Source: Eledone cirrhosa (Eukaryota). From it: a stretch of DNA of 64,000 nucleotides. Below the pieces are notes generated by a model. The model had not been told where the DNA came from. It was given only the letters and a program-made list of their open reading frames with translations, and made no database searches. Of the stretch, positions 14,401-27,819 are shown piece by piece. Numbering within the stretch: the first letter of the stretch is position 1; every line of letters begins with the position of its first letter. Position numbers and translations under genes: made by a program. The stretch lies in NCBI GenBank assembly GCA_964016885.1, contig OZ024741.1, positions 245,582,001-245,646,000 of the forward strand, read 5' to 3'.

Positions 14401-17400
14401 TTATCTCCCCCTGATTTTTTTTACAAATTATCTCCCCCTGATTTTTTTTTACAAATTATCTCCCCCTGATTTTTTTTTACAAATTATCTCCCCCTGATTT
14501 TTTTTTACAAATTATCTCCCCCTGATTTTTTTTTACAAATTATCTCCCCCTGATTTTTTTTTACAAATTATCTCCCCCTGATTTTTTTTTACAAATTATC
14601 TCCGCCTGATTTTTTTTAAAAATTACCTCCCCTTGGACGGCTGGAAATTATCTCCCCTTGGACGGCTGGAAATTATCTCCCCTTGGACGGCTAGAAATTA
14701 TCTCTCCTTGGACGGCTGAAAATTATCTCCCCTTGGACGGCTGCAAATTATCTCCCCTTGATTTTTTTTACAAATTATCTCCCCCTGATTTTTTTTACAA
14801 ATTATCTCCCCCTGATTTTTTTTACAAATTATCTACCCCTGATTTTTTTTACAAATTATCTCCCCCTGATTTTTTTTTACAAATTATCTCCCCCTGATTT
14901 TTTTTTACAAATTATCTCCCCCTGATTTTTCTTTTACAAATTATCTCCCCCTGATTTTTTTACAAAGTATCTCCCCCTGATTTTTTTTACAATCTCCGCC
15001 TGATTTTTTTAAAAATTATCTTCCCTTGGCTGGCGGGAAATTATCTCCCCTTGGACGGCTGGAAATTATCTCCCCTTGGAAGGATGGAAATTATCTCCCC
15101 TTGGACGGCTGGAAATTATCTCCCCTTGCACGGCTGGAAATTATCTCCCCTTGGACGGATAGATATTACCTCCCCTTGGACGGCTGGAAATTATCTCCCC
15201 TTGATTTTTTTACAAATTATCTTCCCCTGATTTATTTTACAAATCTCCCAATGATTTTTAAAAAAAAATTATCTCCCCTTCGCTGGCTGGAAATTATCTC
15301 CCCTTGGACGCTGGAAATTATAGCCCCTTGGAGGGCTGGAAATTATCTTCCCTTGGACGGCTGGAAATTATCTCCCCTTGATTTTTTTACAAATTATCTC
15401 CCCCTGATTTTTTTTACAAATTATCTCCCCCTGATTTTTTTTACAAATTATCTACCCCTGATTTTTTTTACAAATTATCTCCCCCTGATTTTTTTTTACA
15501 AATTATCTCCCCCTGATTTTTTTTTACAAATTATCTCCCCCTGATTTTTTTACAAATTATCTCCCCCTGATTTTTTTTTACAATCTCCGCCTGATTTTTT
15601 TAAAAATTATCTTCCCTTGGCTGGCTGGAAATTATCTCCCCTTGGACACTGGAAATTATAGCCCCTTGGAGGGCTGGAAATTATCTTCCCTTGGACGGCT
15701 GGAAATTATCTCCCCTTGATTTTTTTTACAAATTAACTCCGCCTGATTTTTTTTTACAAATTATCTCCCCCTGATTTTTTTTTACAAATTATCTACCCCT
15801 GATTTTTTTTTACAAATTATCTCCCCCTGATTTTTTTTACAAATTATCTCCCCCTGATTTTTCTTTTACAAATTATCTCCCCCTGATTTTTTTACAAATT
15901 ATCTCCCCCTGATTTTTTTTACAAATTATCTCCGCCTGATTTTTTTAAATATTATCTTCCCTTGGCTGGCGGGAAATTATCTCCCCTTGGACGGCTGGAA
16001 ATTATCTGCCCTTGATTTTCTTTTTACAAATTATCTTCCACTGATTTTTTTTTACAAATTATCTCCACCTGATTTTTTAAAAAATTATCTCCCCTTGGAA
16101 GGCTGGAAATTATCTCCCCTTGGACGGCTGGAAATTATCTCCCCTTGGACGGCTAGAAATTATCTCTCCTTGGACGGCTGAAAATTATCTCCCCTTGGAC
16201 GGCTGCAAATTATCTCCCCTTGATTTTTTTTACAAATTATCTCCCCCTGATTTTTTTTACAAATTATCTCCCCCTGATTTTTTTTACAAATTATCTACCC
16301 CTGATTTTTTTTACAAATTATCTCCCCCTGATTTTTTTTACAAATTATCTCCCCCTGATTTTTTTTTACAAATTATCTCCCCCTGATTTTTTTTTTACAA
16401 ATTATCTCCCCCTGATTTTTTTACAAATTATCTCCCCCTGATTTTTTTTACAATCTCCGCCTGATTTTTTTAAAAATTATCTTCCCTTGGCTGGCGGGAA
16501 ATTATCTCCCCTTGGACGGCTGGAAATTATCTCCCCTTGGAAGGATGGAAATTATCTCCCCTTGGACGGCTGGAAATTATCTCCCCTTGCACGGCTGGAA
16601 ATTATCTCCCCTTGGCTGGAAATTATCTCCCCTTGGACGGCTAGAAATTATCTCTCTTTGGACGGCTGGAAATTATCTCCCTTTGATTTTTTTTACAAAT
16701 TATCTCCCTCTGATTTTTTTTACAAATCTCCCCCTGATTTTTTTAAAAAAATTATCTCCCCTTCGCTGGCTGGAAATTATCTTCCCTTGGACGGCTGGAA
16801 ATTATCTCACCTTGATTTTTTTTACAAATTATCTCCGCCTGATTTTTTTTTTAAATTATCTCTCCTTGGACGGCTGGAAATTATCTCCCCTTGATTTTTT
16901 TTACAAATAATCTCCCCCTGATTTTTTTTTATAAATTATCTCCCCCTGATTTTTTTTTACAAATTATCTACCCCTGATTTTTTTTTACAAATTATCTCCC
17001 CCTGATTTTTTTTACAAATTATCTCCCCCTGATTTTTCTTTTACAAATTATCTCCCCCTGATTTTTTTACAAATTATCTCCCCCTGATTTTTTTTACAAA
17101 TTGTCTCCGCCTGATTTTTTTAAATATTATCTTCCCTTGGCTGGCGGGAAATTACCTCCCCTTGGACGGCTGGAAATTATCTGCCCTTGATTTTCTTTTT
17201 ACAAATTATCTTCCACTGATTTTTTTTACAAATTATCTCCACCTGATTTTTTAAAAAATTATCTCCCCTTGGAAGGCTGGAAATTATCTCCCCTTGGCTG
17301 GAAATTATCTCCCCTTGGACGGCTAGAAATTATCTCTCTTTGGACGGCTGGAAATTATCACCCCTTGATTTTTTAACAAATTATCTCCCCCTGATTTTTT

Positions 17401-20400
17401 TTACAAATCTCCCAGTGATTTTTTAAAAAAAATTATCTCCCCTTCGCTGGCTGGAAATTATCTCCCCTTGGACGCTGGAAATTATAGCCCCTTGGAGGGC
17501 TGGAAATTATCTTCCCTTGGACGGCCGGAAATTATCTCCCCTTGATTTTTTTTACAAATTATCTCCCCCTGATTTTTTTTTACAAATTATCTCCCCCTGA
17601 TTTTTTTTTACAACTTATCTGCGCCTGATTTTTTTAAAAAAATTATCTCCCCTTGGACGGCTGGAAATTATCTCCCCTTGGACGGCTGGAAATTATCTCT
17701 CCTTGGACGGCTAGAATTTACCTCTCCTTGGACGGCTGAAAATTATCTCCCCTTGGACGGCTGGAAATTATCTCCCCTTGATTTTTTTTACAAATTATCT
17801 CCCCCTTTTTTTTTTTTACAAATTATCTCCCCCTGATTTTTTTTTACAAATTATCTCCCCCTGATTTTTTTTTACAAATTATCTCCCCCTGATTTTTTTT
17901 ACAAATTATCTCCCCCCTGATTTTTTTACAAATTATCTCCCCTTGGACGGCTAGAAATTACCTCTCCTTGGACGGCTGGAAAATATGTCTCCTTGGACGG
18001 CTGGATATTATCTCCCCTTGGACGGCTGGAAATTATCTCCCCTTGGACGGCTGGAAATTATCTCCCCTTGGATGGCTAGATATTACCTCCCCTTGGACGG
18101 CTGGAAATTATCTCCCCTTGATTTTTTTAACAAATTATCTCCCCCTGATTTTTTTTTACAAATGATCTCCCCCTGATTTTTTTTAAAAAATTATCTCCCC
18201 CTGATTTTTGTTTACAAATTATCTCCGCCTGATTTTTTTTAACAAATTATCTCCCCTTGGACGGCTGGAAATTATCTCCCCTTGGACGGCTGGAAATTAT
18301 ATCTCCTTGGACGGCTAGAATTTACCTCTCCTTGGACGGCTGAAAATTATCTCCCCTTGGACGGCTGGAAATTATCTCCCCTTGATTTTTTTTACAAATC
18401 ATCTCCCCCTGATTTTTTTTTACAAATTATCTCCCCCTGATTTTTTTTACAAATTATCTCCCCCTGATTTTTTTACAAATTATCTCCCCTTGGCTGGCTG
18501 GAAATTATCTCCCCTTGGAGGCTGGAACTTATCTCCCCTTGGACGGCTAGAAATTATCTCTCCTTGGACGGCTGGAAAATATGTCTCCTTGGACGGCTGG
18601 ATATTATCTCCCCTTGGACGGCTGGAAATTATCTCCCCTTGGACGGCTGGAAATTATCTCCCCTTGGATGGCTAGATATTACCTCCCGTTGGACGGCTGG
18701 AAATTATCTCCCCTTGATTTTTTTTACAAATTATCTCCCCCTGATTTTTTTTTACAAATTATCTCCCCCTGATTTTTTTTTACAAATTATCTCCCCCTGA
18801 TTTTTGTTTACAAATTATCTCCGCCTGATTTTTTTTTAAAAATTATCTCCCCTTGGACGGCTGGAAATTATCTCCCCTTGGACGGCTAGAAATTACCTCT
18901 CCTTGGACGGCTGAAAATTATCTCCCCTTGGACGGCTGGAAATTATCTCCCCTTGATTTTTTTACAAATTATCTCCCCCTGATTTTTTTTTTACAAATTA
19001 TCTCCCCCTGATTTTTTTTTACAAATTATCTACCCCTGATTTTTTTTTACAAATTATCTCCCCCTGATTTTTTTTTACAAATTATCTACCCCTGATTTTT
19101 TTTACAAATTATCTCCCCCTGATTTTTTTTACAAATTATCTCCCCCTGATTTTTTTTTACAAATTATCTCCCCCTGATTTTTTTACAAATTATCTCCCCC
19201 TGATTTTTTTTACAAATTATCTCCGCCGGATTTTTTTAAATATTATCTTCCCTTGGCTTGCGGGAAATTATCTCCCCTTGGACAGCTGAAAATTATCTCC
19301 CCTTGGACGGCTGGAAATTATCTCCCCTTGATTTTTTTTACAAATTATCTCCCCCTGATTTTTTTTTACAAATTATCTCCCCCTGATTTTTTTTACAAAT
19401 TATCTCCCCCTGATTTTTTTTTACAAATTATCTCCCCCTGATTTTTTTTACAAATTATCTCCCCCTGATTTTTTTTTACAAATTATCTCCCCCTGATTTT
19501 TTTTACAAATTATCTCCCCCTGATTTTTTTACAAATTATCTCCCCCTGATTTTTTTTACAAATTATCTCCGCCTGATTTTTTTAAATATTATCTTCCCTG
19601 GGCTGGCGGGAAATTATCTCCCCTTGGACGGCTGGAAATTATCTGCCCTTGATTTTCTTTTTACAAATTAACTTCCACTGATTTTTTTTACAAATTATCT
19701 CCACCTGATTTTTTTAAAAATTATCTCCCCTTGGAAGGCTGGAAATTATCTCCCCTTGGCTGGAAATTATCTCCCCTTGGACGGCTAAAAATTATCTCTC
19801 TTTGGACGGCTGGAAATTATCACCCCTTGAGTTTTTTACAAATTATCTCCCCCTGATTTTTTTTACAAATCTCCCAGTGATTTTAAAAAAAAAATTATCT
19901 TCCCTTCGCTGGCTGGAAATTATCTCCCCTTGGACGCTGGAAATTATAGCCCCTTGGAGGGCTGGAAATTATCTTCCCTTGGACGGCTGGAAATTATCTC
20001 CCCTTGATTTTTTTTACAAATTATCTCCCCCTGATTTTTTTTTACAAATTATCTCCCCCTGATTTTTTTTTACAACTTATCTGCGCCTGATTTTTTTTAA
20101 AAAATTATCTCCCCTTGGACGGCTGGAAATTATCTCCCCTTGGACGGCTGGAAATTATCTCTCCTTGGACGGCTAGAATTTACCTCTCCTTGGACGGCTG
20201 AAAATTATCTCCCCTTGGACGGCTGGAAATTATCTCCCCTTGATTTTTTTTACAAATTATCTCCCCCTGATTTTTTTTTACAAATTATCTCCCCCTGATT
20301 TTTTTTTACAAATTATCTCCCCCTGATTTTTTTTTACAAATTATCTCCCCCTGATATTTTTTACAAATTATCTCCCCCTGATTTTTTTTTACAAATTATC

Positions 20401-23400
20401 TCCCCCTGATTTTTTTTTACAAATTATCTCCCCCTGATTTTTTTTTACAAATTATCTCCCCCTAATTTTTTTTTACAAATTATCTCCCCCTGATTTTTTT
20501 TTACAAATTATCTCCCCCTGATTTTTTTTTACAAATTATCTCCGCCTGATTTTTTTTTAAAAATTACCTCCCCTTGGACGGCTGGAAATTATCTCCCCTT
20601 GGACGGCTGGAAATTATCTCCCCTTGGACGGCTAGAAATTATCTCTCCTTGGACGGCTGAAAATTATCTCCCCTTGGACGGCTGCAAATTATCTCCCCTT
20701 GATTTTTTTTACAAATTATCTCCCCCTGATTTTTTTTACAAATTATCTCCCCCTGATTTTTTTTACAAATTATCTACCCCTGATTTTTTTTACAAATTAT
20801 CTCCCCCTGATTTTTTTTTACAAATTATCTCCCCCTGATTTTTTTTTACAAATTATCTCCCCCTGATTTTTCTTTTACAAACTATCTCCCCCTGATTTTT
20901 TTACAAAGTATCTCCCCCTGATTTTTTTTACAATCTCCGCCTGATTTTTTTAAAAATTATCTTCCCTTGGCTGGCGGGAAATTATCTCCCCTTGGACGGC
21001 TGGAAATTATCTCCCCTTGGAAGGATGGAAATTATCTCCCCTTGGACGGCTGGAAATTATCTCCCCTTGCACGGCTGGAAATTATCTCCCCTTGGACGGC
21101 TAGAAATTATCTCTCTTTGGACGGCTGGAAATTATCTCCCTTTGATTTTTTTTACAAATTATCTCCCTCTGATTTTTTTTACAAATCTCCCCCTGATTTT
21201 TTAAAAAAAATTATCTCCCCTTCGCTGGCTGGAAATTATCTCCCCTTGGACACTGGAAATTATAGCCCCTTGGAGGGCCGGAAATTATCTTCCCTTGGAC
21301 GGCTGGAAATTATCTCCCACTGATTTTTTTTACAAATTATCTCCGCCTTATTTTTTTAAAAAATTATCTCTCCTTGGACGGCTGGAAATTATCTCCCCTT
21401 GATTTTTTTTACAAATAATCTCCCCCTGATTTTTTTTTACAAATTATCTCCCCCTGATTTTTTTTTACAAATTATCTACCCCTGATTTTTTTTTACAAAT
21501 TATCTCCCCCTGATTTTTTTTACGAATTATCTCCCCCTGATTTTTCTTTTACAAATTATCTCCCCCTGATTTTTTTTACAAATTATCTCCGCCTGATTTT
21601 TTTAAATATTATCTTCCCTTGGCTGGCGGGAAATTATCTCCCCTTGGACGGCTGGAAATTATCTGCCCTTGATTTTCTTTTTACAAATTATCTTCCACTG
21701 ATTTTTTTTACAAATTATCTCCACCTGATTTTTTAAAAAATTATCTCCCCTTGGAAGGCTGGAAATTATCTCCCCTTGGCTGGAAATTATCTCCCCTTGG
21801 ACGGCTAGAAATTATCTCTCTTTGTACGGCTGGAAATTATCACCCCTTGAGTTTTTTACAAATTATCTCCCCCTGATATTTTTTACAAATCTCCCAGTGT
21901 TTTTTAAAAAAAATTATCTCCCCTTCGCTGGCTGGAAATTATCTCCCCTTGGACGCTGGAAATTATAGCCCCTTGGAGGGCTGGAAATTATCTTCCCTTG
22001 GACGGCTGGAAATTATCTCCCCTTGGACGGCTGGAAATTATCTCTCCTTGGACGGCTAGAATTTACCTCTCCTTGGACGGCTGAAAATTATCTCCCCTTG
22101 GACGGCTGGAAATTATCTCCCCTTGATTTTTTTTACAAATTATCTCCCCCTGATTTTTTTTTACAAATTATCTCCCCCTGATTTTTTTTTACAAATTATC
22201 TCCCCCTGATTTTTTTTTACAAATTATCTCCCCCTGATTTTTTTTACAAATTATCTCCCCCTGATTTTTTTACAAATTATCTCCCCTTGGCTGGCTGGAA
22301 ATTATCTCCCCTTGGAGGCTGGAACTTATGTCCCCTTGGACGGCTAGAAATTACCTCTCCTTGGACGGCTGGAAAATATGTCTCCTTGGACGGCTGGATA
22401 TTATCTCCCCTTGGACGGCTGGAAATTATCTCCCCTTGGACGGCTGGAAATTATCTCCCCTTGGATGGCTAGATATTACCTCCCCTTGGACGGCTGGAAA
22501 TTATCTCCCCTTGATTTTTTTTACAAATTATCTCCCCCTGATTTTTTTTTACAAATTATCTCCCCCTGATTTTTTTTTACAAATTATCTCCCCCTGATTT
22601 TTGTTTACAAATTATCTCCGCCTGGTTTTTTTTTTAAATTATCTCCCCTTGGACGGCTGGAAATTATCTCCCCTTGGACGGCTAGAAATTACCTCTCCTT
22701 GGACGGCTGAAAATTATCTCCCCTTGGACGGCTGGAAATTATCTCCCCTTGATTTTTTTACAAATTATCTCCCCCTGATTTTTTTTTTACAAATTATCTC
22801 CCCCTGATTTTTTTTTTACAAATTATCTCCCCCTGATTTTTTTTACAAATTATCTCCCTCTGATTTTTTTACAAATTATCTCCCCTTGGCTGGCTGGAAA
22901 TTATCTCCCCTTGGACGGCTAGAAATTACCTCTCCTTGGACGGCTGGAAAATATGTCTCCTTGGACGGCTGGATATTATCTCCCCTTGGACGGCTGGAAA
23001 TTATCTCCCCTTGGACGGCTGGAAATTATCTCCCCTTGGACGGATAGATATTACCTCCCCTTGGACGGCTGGAAATTATCTCCCCTTGATTTTTTTACAA
23101 ATTATCTCCCCCTGATTTATTTTACAAATCTCCCAATGATTTAAAAAAAAAAATTATCTCCCCTTCGCTGGCTGGAAATTATCTCCCCTTGGACGCTGGA
23201 AATTATAGCCCCTTGGAGGGCTGGAAATTATCTTCCCTTGGACGGCTGGAAATTATCTCCCATTGATTTTTTTTACAAATTATCTCCCCCTGATTTTTTT
23301 TTACAAATTATCTCCCCCTGATTTTTTTTACAAATTATCTACCCCTGATTTTTTTTACAAATTATCTCCCCCTGATTTTTTTTTACAAATTATCTCCCCC

Positions 23401-23555
23401 TGATTTTTTTTTACAAATTATGTCCCCCTGATTTTTTTACAAATTATCTCCCCCTGATTTTTTTTACAATCTCCGCCTGATTTTTTTAAAAATTATCTTC
23501 CGTTGGCTGGCTGGAAATTATCTCCCCTTGGACACTGGAAATTATAGCCCCTTGG
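8430..23555 (+). repeat. Large intra-array duplication, copy 1 (~15 kb; partner at ~37740-52676)
   Basis: Identical or near-identical marker ORFs recur collinearly: 8531/37840 and 9631/38940 (offset 29309), 11383/40693 (29310), 13414/42752 (29338), 16487/45484 (28997), 20967/49716 (28749), 22953/52074 (29121). Confidence 0.9.
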
Positions 23556-25258
23556 CTGGCTGGAAATTATCTCCCCTTGGAGGCTGGAACTTATCTCCCC
23601 TTGGACGGCTAGAAATTACCTCTCCTTGGACGGCTGGAAAATATGTCTCCTTGGACGGCTGGATATTATCTCACCTTGGACGGCTGGAAATTATCTCCCC
23701 TTGGACGGCTGGAAATTATCTCCCCTTGGATGGCTAGATATTACCTCCCCTTGGACGGCTGGAAATTATCTCCCCTTGATTTTTTTTACAAATTATCTCC
23801 CCCTGATTTTTTTTTACAAATTATCTCCCCCTGATTTTTTTTAAAAAATTATCTCCCCCTGATTTTTGTTTACAAATTATCTCCGCCTGATTTTTTTTAA
23901 AAAATTATCTCCCCTTGGACGGCTGGAAATTATCTCCCCTTGGACGGCTGGAAATTATATCTCCTTGGACGGCTAGAATTTACCTCTCCTTGGACGGCTA
24001 AAAATTATCTCCCCTTGGACGGCTGGAAATTATCTCCCCTTGATTTTTTTTACAAATTATCTCCCCCTGATTTTTTTTTACAAATTATCTCCCCCTGATT
24101 TTTTTTTACAAATTATCTCCCCCTGATTTTTTTTTACAAATTATCTCCCCTGATTTTTTTACAAATTATCTCCCCTTGGCTGGCTGGAAATTATCTCCCC
24201 TTGGAGGCTGGAACTTATCTCCCCTTGGACGGCTAGAAATTACCTCTCCTTGGACGGCTGGAAAATATGTCTCCTTGGACGGCTGGATATTATCTCCCCT
24301 TGGACGGCTGGAAATTATCTCCCCTTGGACGGCTGGAAATTATCTCCCCTTGGATGGCTAGATATTACCTCCCCTTGGACGGCTGGAAATTATCTCCCCT
24401 TGATTTTTTTTACAAATTATCTCCCCCTGATTTTTTTTTACAAATTATCTCCCCCTGATTTTTTTTTACAAATTATCTCCCCCTGATTTTTTTTAAAATT
24501 ATTTCCCCTTGGACCGCTGGAAATTATCTCCCCTTGGACGGCTAGAAATTACCTCTCCTTGGACGGCTGAAAATTATCTCCCCTTGGACGGCTGGAAATT
24601 ATCTCCCCTTGATTTTTTTTACAAATTATCTCCCCCTGATTTTTTTTTACAAATTATCTCCCCCTGATTTTTTTTACAAATTATCTCCCCCTGATTTTTT
24701 TTACAAATTATCTCCCCCTGATTTTTTTTACAAATTATCTCCCCCTGATTTTTTTTACAAATTATCTCCCCCTGATTTTTTTACAAATTATCTCCCCCTG
24801 ATTTTTTTTACAAATTATCTCCGCCTGATTTTTTAAAATATTATCTTCCCTTGGCTGGCGGGAAATTATCTCCCCTTGGACGGCTGGAAATTATCTGCCC
24901 TTGATTTTCTTTTTACAAATTAACTTCCACTGATTTTTTTTACAAATTATCTCCACCTGATTTTTTAAAAAATTATCTCCCCTTGCAAGGCTGGAAATTA
25001 TCTCCCCTTGGCTGGAAATTATCTCCCCTTGGACGGCTAGAAATTATCTCTCTTTGGACGGCTGGAAATTATCACCCCTTGAGTTTTTTACAAATTATCT
25101 CCCCCTGATTTTTTTTACAAATCTCCCAGTGATTTTTAAAAAAAAATTATCTTCCCTTCGCTGGCTGGAAATTATCTCCCCTTGGACGCTGGAAATTATA
25201 GCCCCTTGGAGGGCTGGAAATTATCTTCCCTTGGACGGCTGGAAATTATCTCCCCTTG
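23555..25258 (+). repeat. ~1.7 kb block duplicated at offset 34379 (partner ~57934-59637)
   Basis: Marker ORF pairs 23626/58005, 24176/58555, 24609/58988 and 25054/59433. Shared variants TCTCACCTTGG, GGACCGCTGG and TTGCAAGG. Confidence 0.88.
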
Positions 25259-27819
25259 ATTTTTTTTACAAATTATCTCCCCCTGATTTTTTTTTACAAA
25301 TTATCTCCCCCTGATTTTTTTTTACAACTTGTCTGCGCCTGATTTTTTTAAAAAAATTATCTCCCCTTGGACGGCTGGAAATTATCTCCCCTTGGACGGC
25401 TGGAAATTATCTCTCCTTGGACGGCTAGAATTTACCTCTCCTTGGACGGCTGAAAATTATCTCCCCTTGGACGGCTGGAAATTATCTCCCCTTGATTTTT
25501 TTTACAAATTATCTCCCCCTGATTTTTTTTTACAAATTATCTCCCCCTGATTTTTTTTTACAAATTATCTCCCCCTGATTTTTTTTACAAATTATCTCCC
25601 TCTGATTTTTTTTACAAATTATCTCCCCCTGATTTTTTTTTACAAATTATCTCCCCCTGATTTTTTTTTACAAATTATCTCCGCCTGATTTTTTTTTAAA
25701 AATTACCTCCCCTTGGACGGCTGGAAATTATCTCCCCTTGGACGGCTGGAAATTATCTCCCCTTGGACGGCTAGAAATTATCTCTCCTTGGACGGCTGAA
25801 AATTATCTCCCCTTGGACGGCTGCAAATTATCTCCCCTTGATTTTTTTTACAAATTATCTCCCCCTGATTTTTTTTACAAATTATCTCCCCCTGATTTTT
25901 TTTACAAATTATCTACCCCTGATTTTTTTTACAAATTATCTCCCCCTGATTTTTTTTTACAAATTATCTCCCCCTGATTTTTTTTTACAAATTATCTCCC
26001 CCTGATTTTTTTTTTACAAATTATCTCCCCCTGATTTTTTTACAAAGTATCTCCGCCTGATTTTTTTAAAAATTATCTTCCCTTGGCTGGCGGGAAATTA
26101 TCTCCCCTTGGACGGCTGGAAATTATCTCCCCTTGGAAGGATGGAAATTATCTCCCTTGGACGGCTGGAAATTATCTCCCCTTGCACGGCTGGAAATTAT
26201 CTCCCCTTGGACGGCTAGAAATTATCTCTCTTTGGACGGCTGGAAATTATCTCCCTTTGATTTTTTTTACAAATTATCTCCCTCTGATTTTTTTTACGAA
26301 TCTCCCCCTGATTTTTTAAAAAAAATTATCTCCCCTTCGCTGGCTGGAAATTATCTCCCCTTGGACACTGGAAATTATAGCCCCTTGGAGGGCTAGAAAT
26401 TATCTTCCCTTGGACGGCTGGAAATTATCTCCCCCTGATTTTTTTTACAAATTATCTCCGCCTTATTTTTTTAAAAAGTTATCTCTCCTTGGACGGCTGG
26501 AAATTATCTCCCCTTGATTTTTTTTACAAATAATCTCCCCCTGATTTTTTTTTACAAATTATCTCCCCCTGATTTTTTTTTACAAATTATCTACCCCTGA
26601 TTTTTTTTTACAAATTATCTCCCCCTGATTTTTGTTACAAATTATCTCCCCCTGATTTTTCTTTTACAAATTATCTCCCCCTGATTTTTTTTACAAATTA
26701 TCTCCGCCTGATTTTTTTAAATATTATCTTCCCTTGGCTGGCGGGAAATTATCTCCCCTTGGATGGCTGGAAATTATCTGCCCTTGATTTTCTTTTTACA
26801 AATTATCTTCCACTGATTTTTTTTACAAATTATCTCCACCTGATTTTTTAAAAAATTATCTCCCCTTGGAAGGCTGGAAATTATCTCCCCTTGGCTGGAA
26901 ATTATCTCCCCTTGGACGGCTAGAAATTATCTCTCTTTGTACGGCTGGAAATTATCACCCCTTGAGTTTTTTACAAATTATCTCCCCCTGATTTTTTTTA
27001 CAAATCTCCCAGTGTTTTTTAAAAAAAATTATCTCCCCTTCGCTGGCTGGAAATTATCTCCACTTGGACGCTGGAAATTATAGCCCCTTGGAGGGCTGGA
27101 AATTATCTTCCCTTGGACGGCTGGAAATTATCTCCCCTTGATTTTTTTTACAAATTATCTCCCCCTGATTTTTTTTTACAAATTATCTCCCCCTGATTTT
27201 TTTTACAACTTATCTGCGCCTGATTTTTTTAAAAAAATTATCTTCCCTTGGACGGCTGGAAATTATCTCCCCTTGGACGGCTGGAAATTATCTCTCCTTG
27301 GACGGCTAGAATTTACCTCTCCTTGGACGGCTGAAAATTATCTCCCCTTGGACGGCTGGAAATTATCTCCCCTTGATTTTTTTTACAAATTATCTCCCCC
27401 TGATTTTTTTTTACAAATTATCTGCCCCTGATTTTTTTTTACAAATTATCTCCCCCTGATTTTTTTTTAAAAATTATCTCCCCCTGATTTTTTTTACAAA
27501 TTATCTCCCCCTGATTTTTTTACAAATTATCTCCCCTTGGCTGGCTGGAAATTATCTCCCCTTGGAGGCTGGAACTTATGTCCCCTTGGACGGCTAGAAA
27601 TTACCTCTCCTTGGACGGCTGGAAAATATGTCTCCTTGGACGGCTGGATATTATCTCCCCTTGGACGGCTGGAAATTATCTCCCCTTGGACGGCTGGAAA
27701 TTATCTCCCCTTGGATGGCTAGATATTACCTCCCCTTAGACGGATGGAAATTATCTCCCCTTGATTTTTTTTACAAATTATCTCCCCCTGATTTTTTTTT
27801 ACAAATTATCTCCCCCTGA

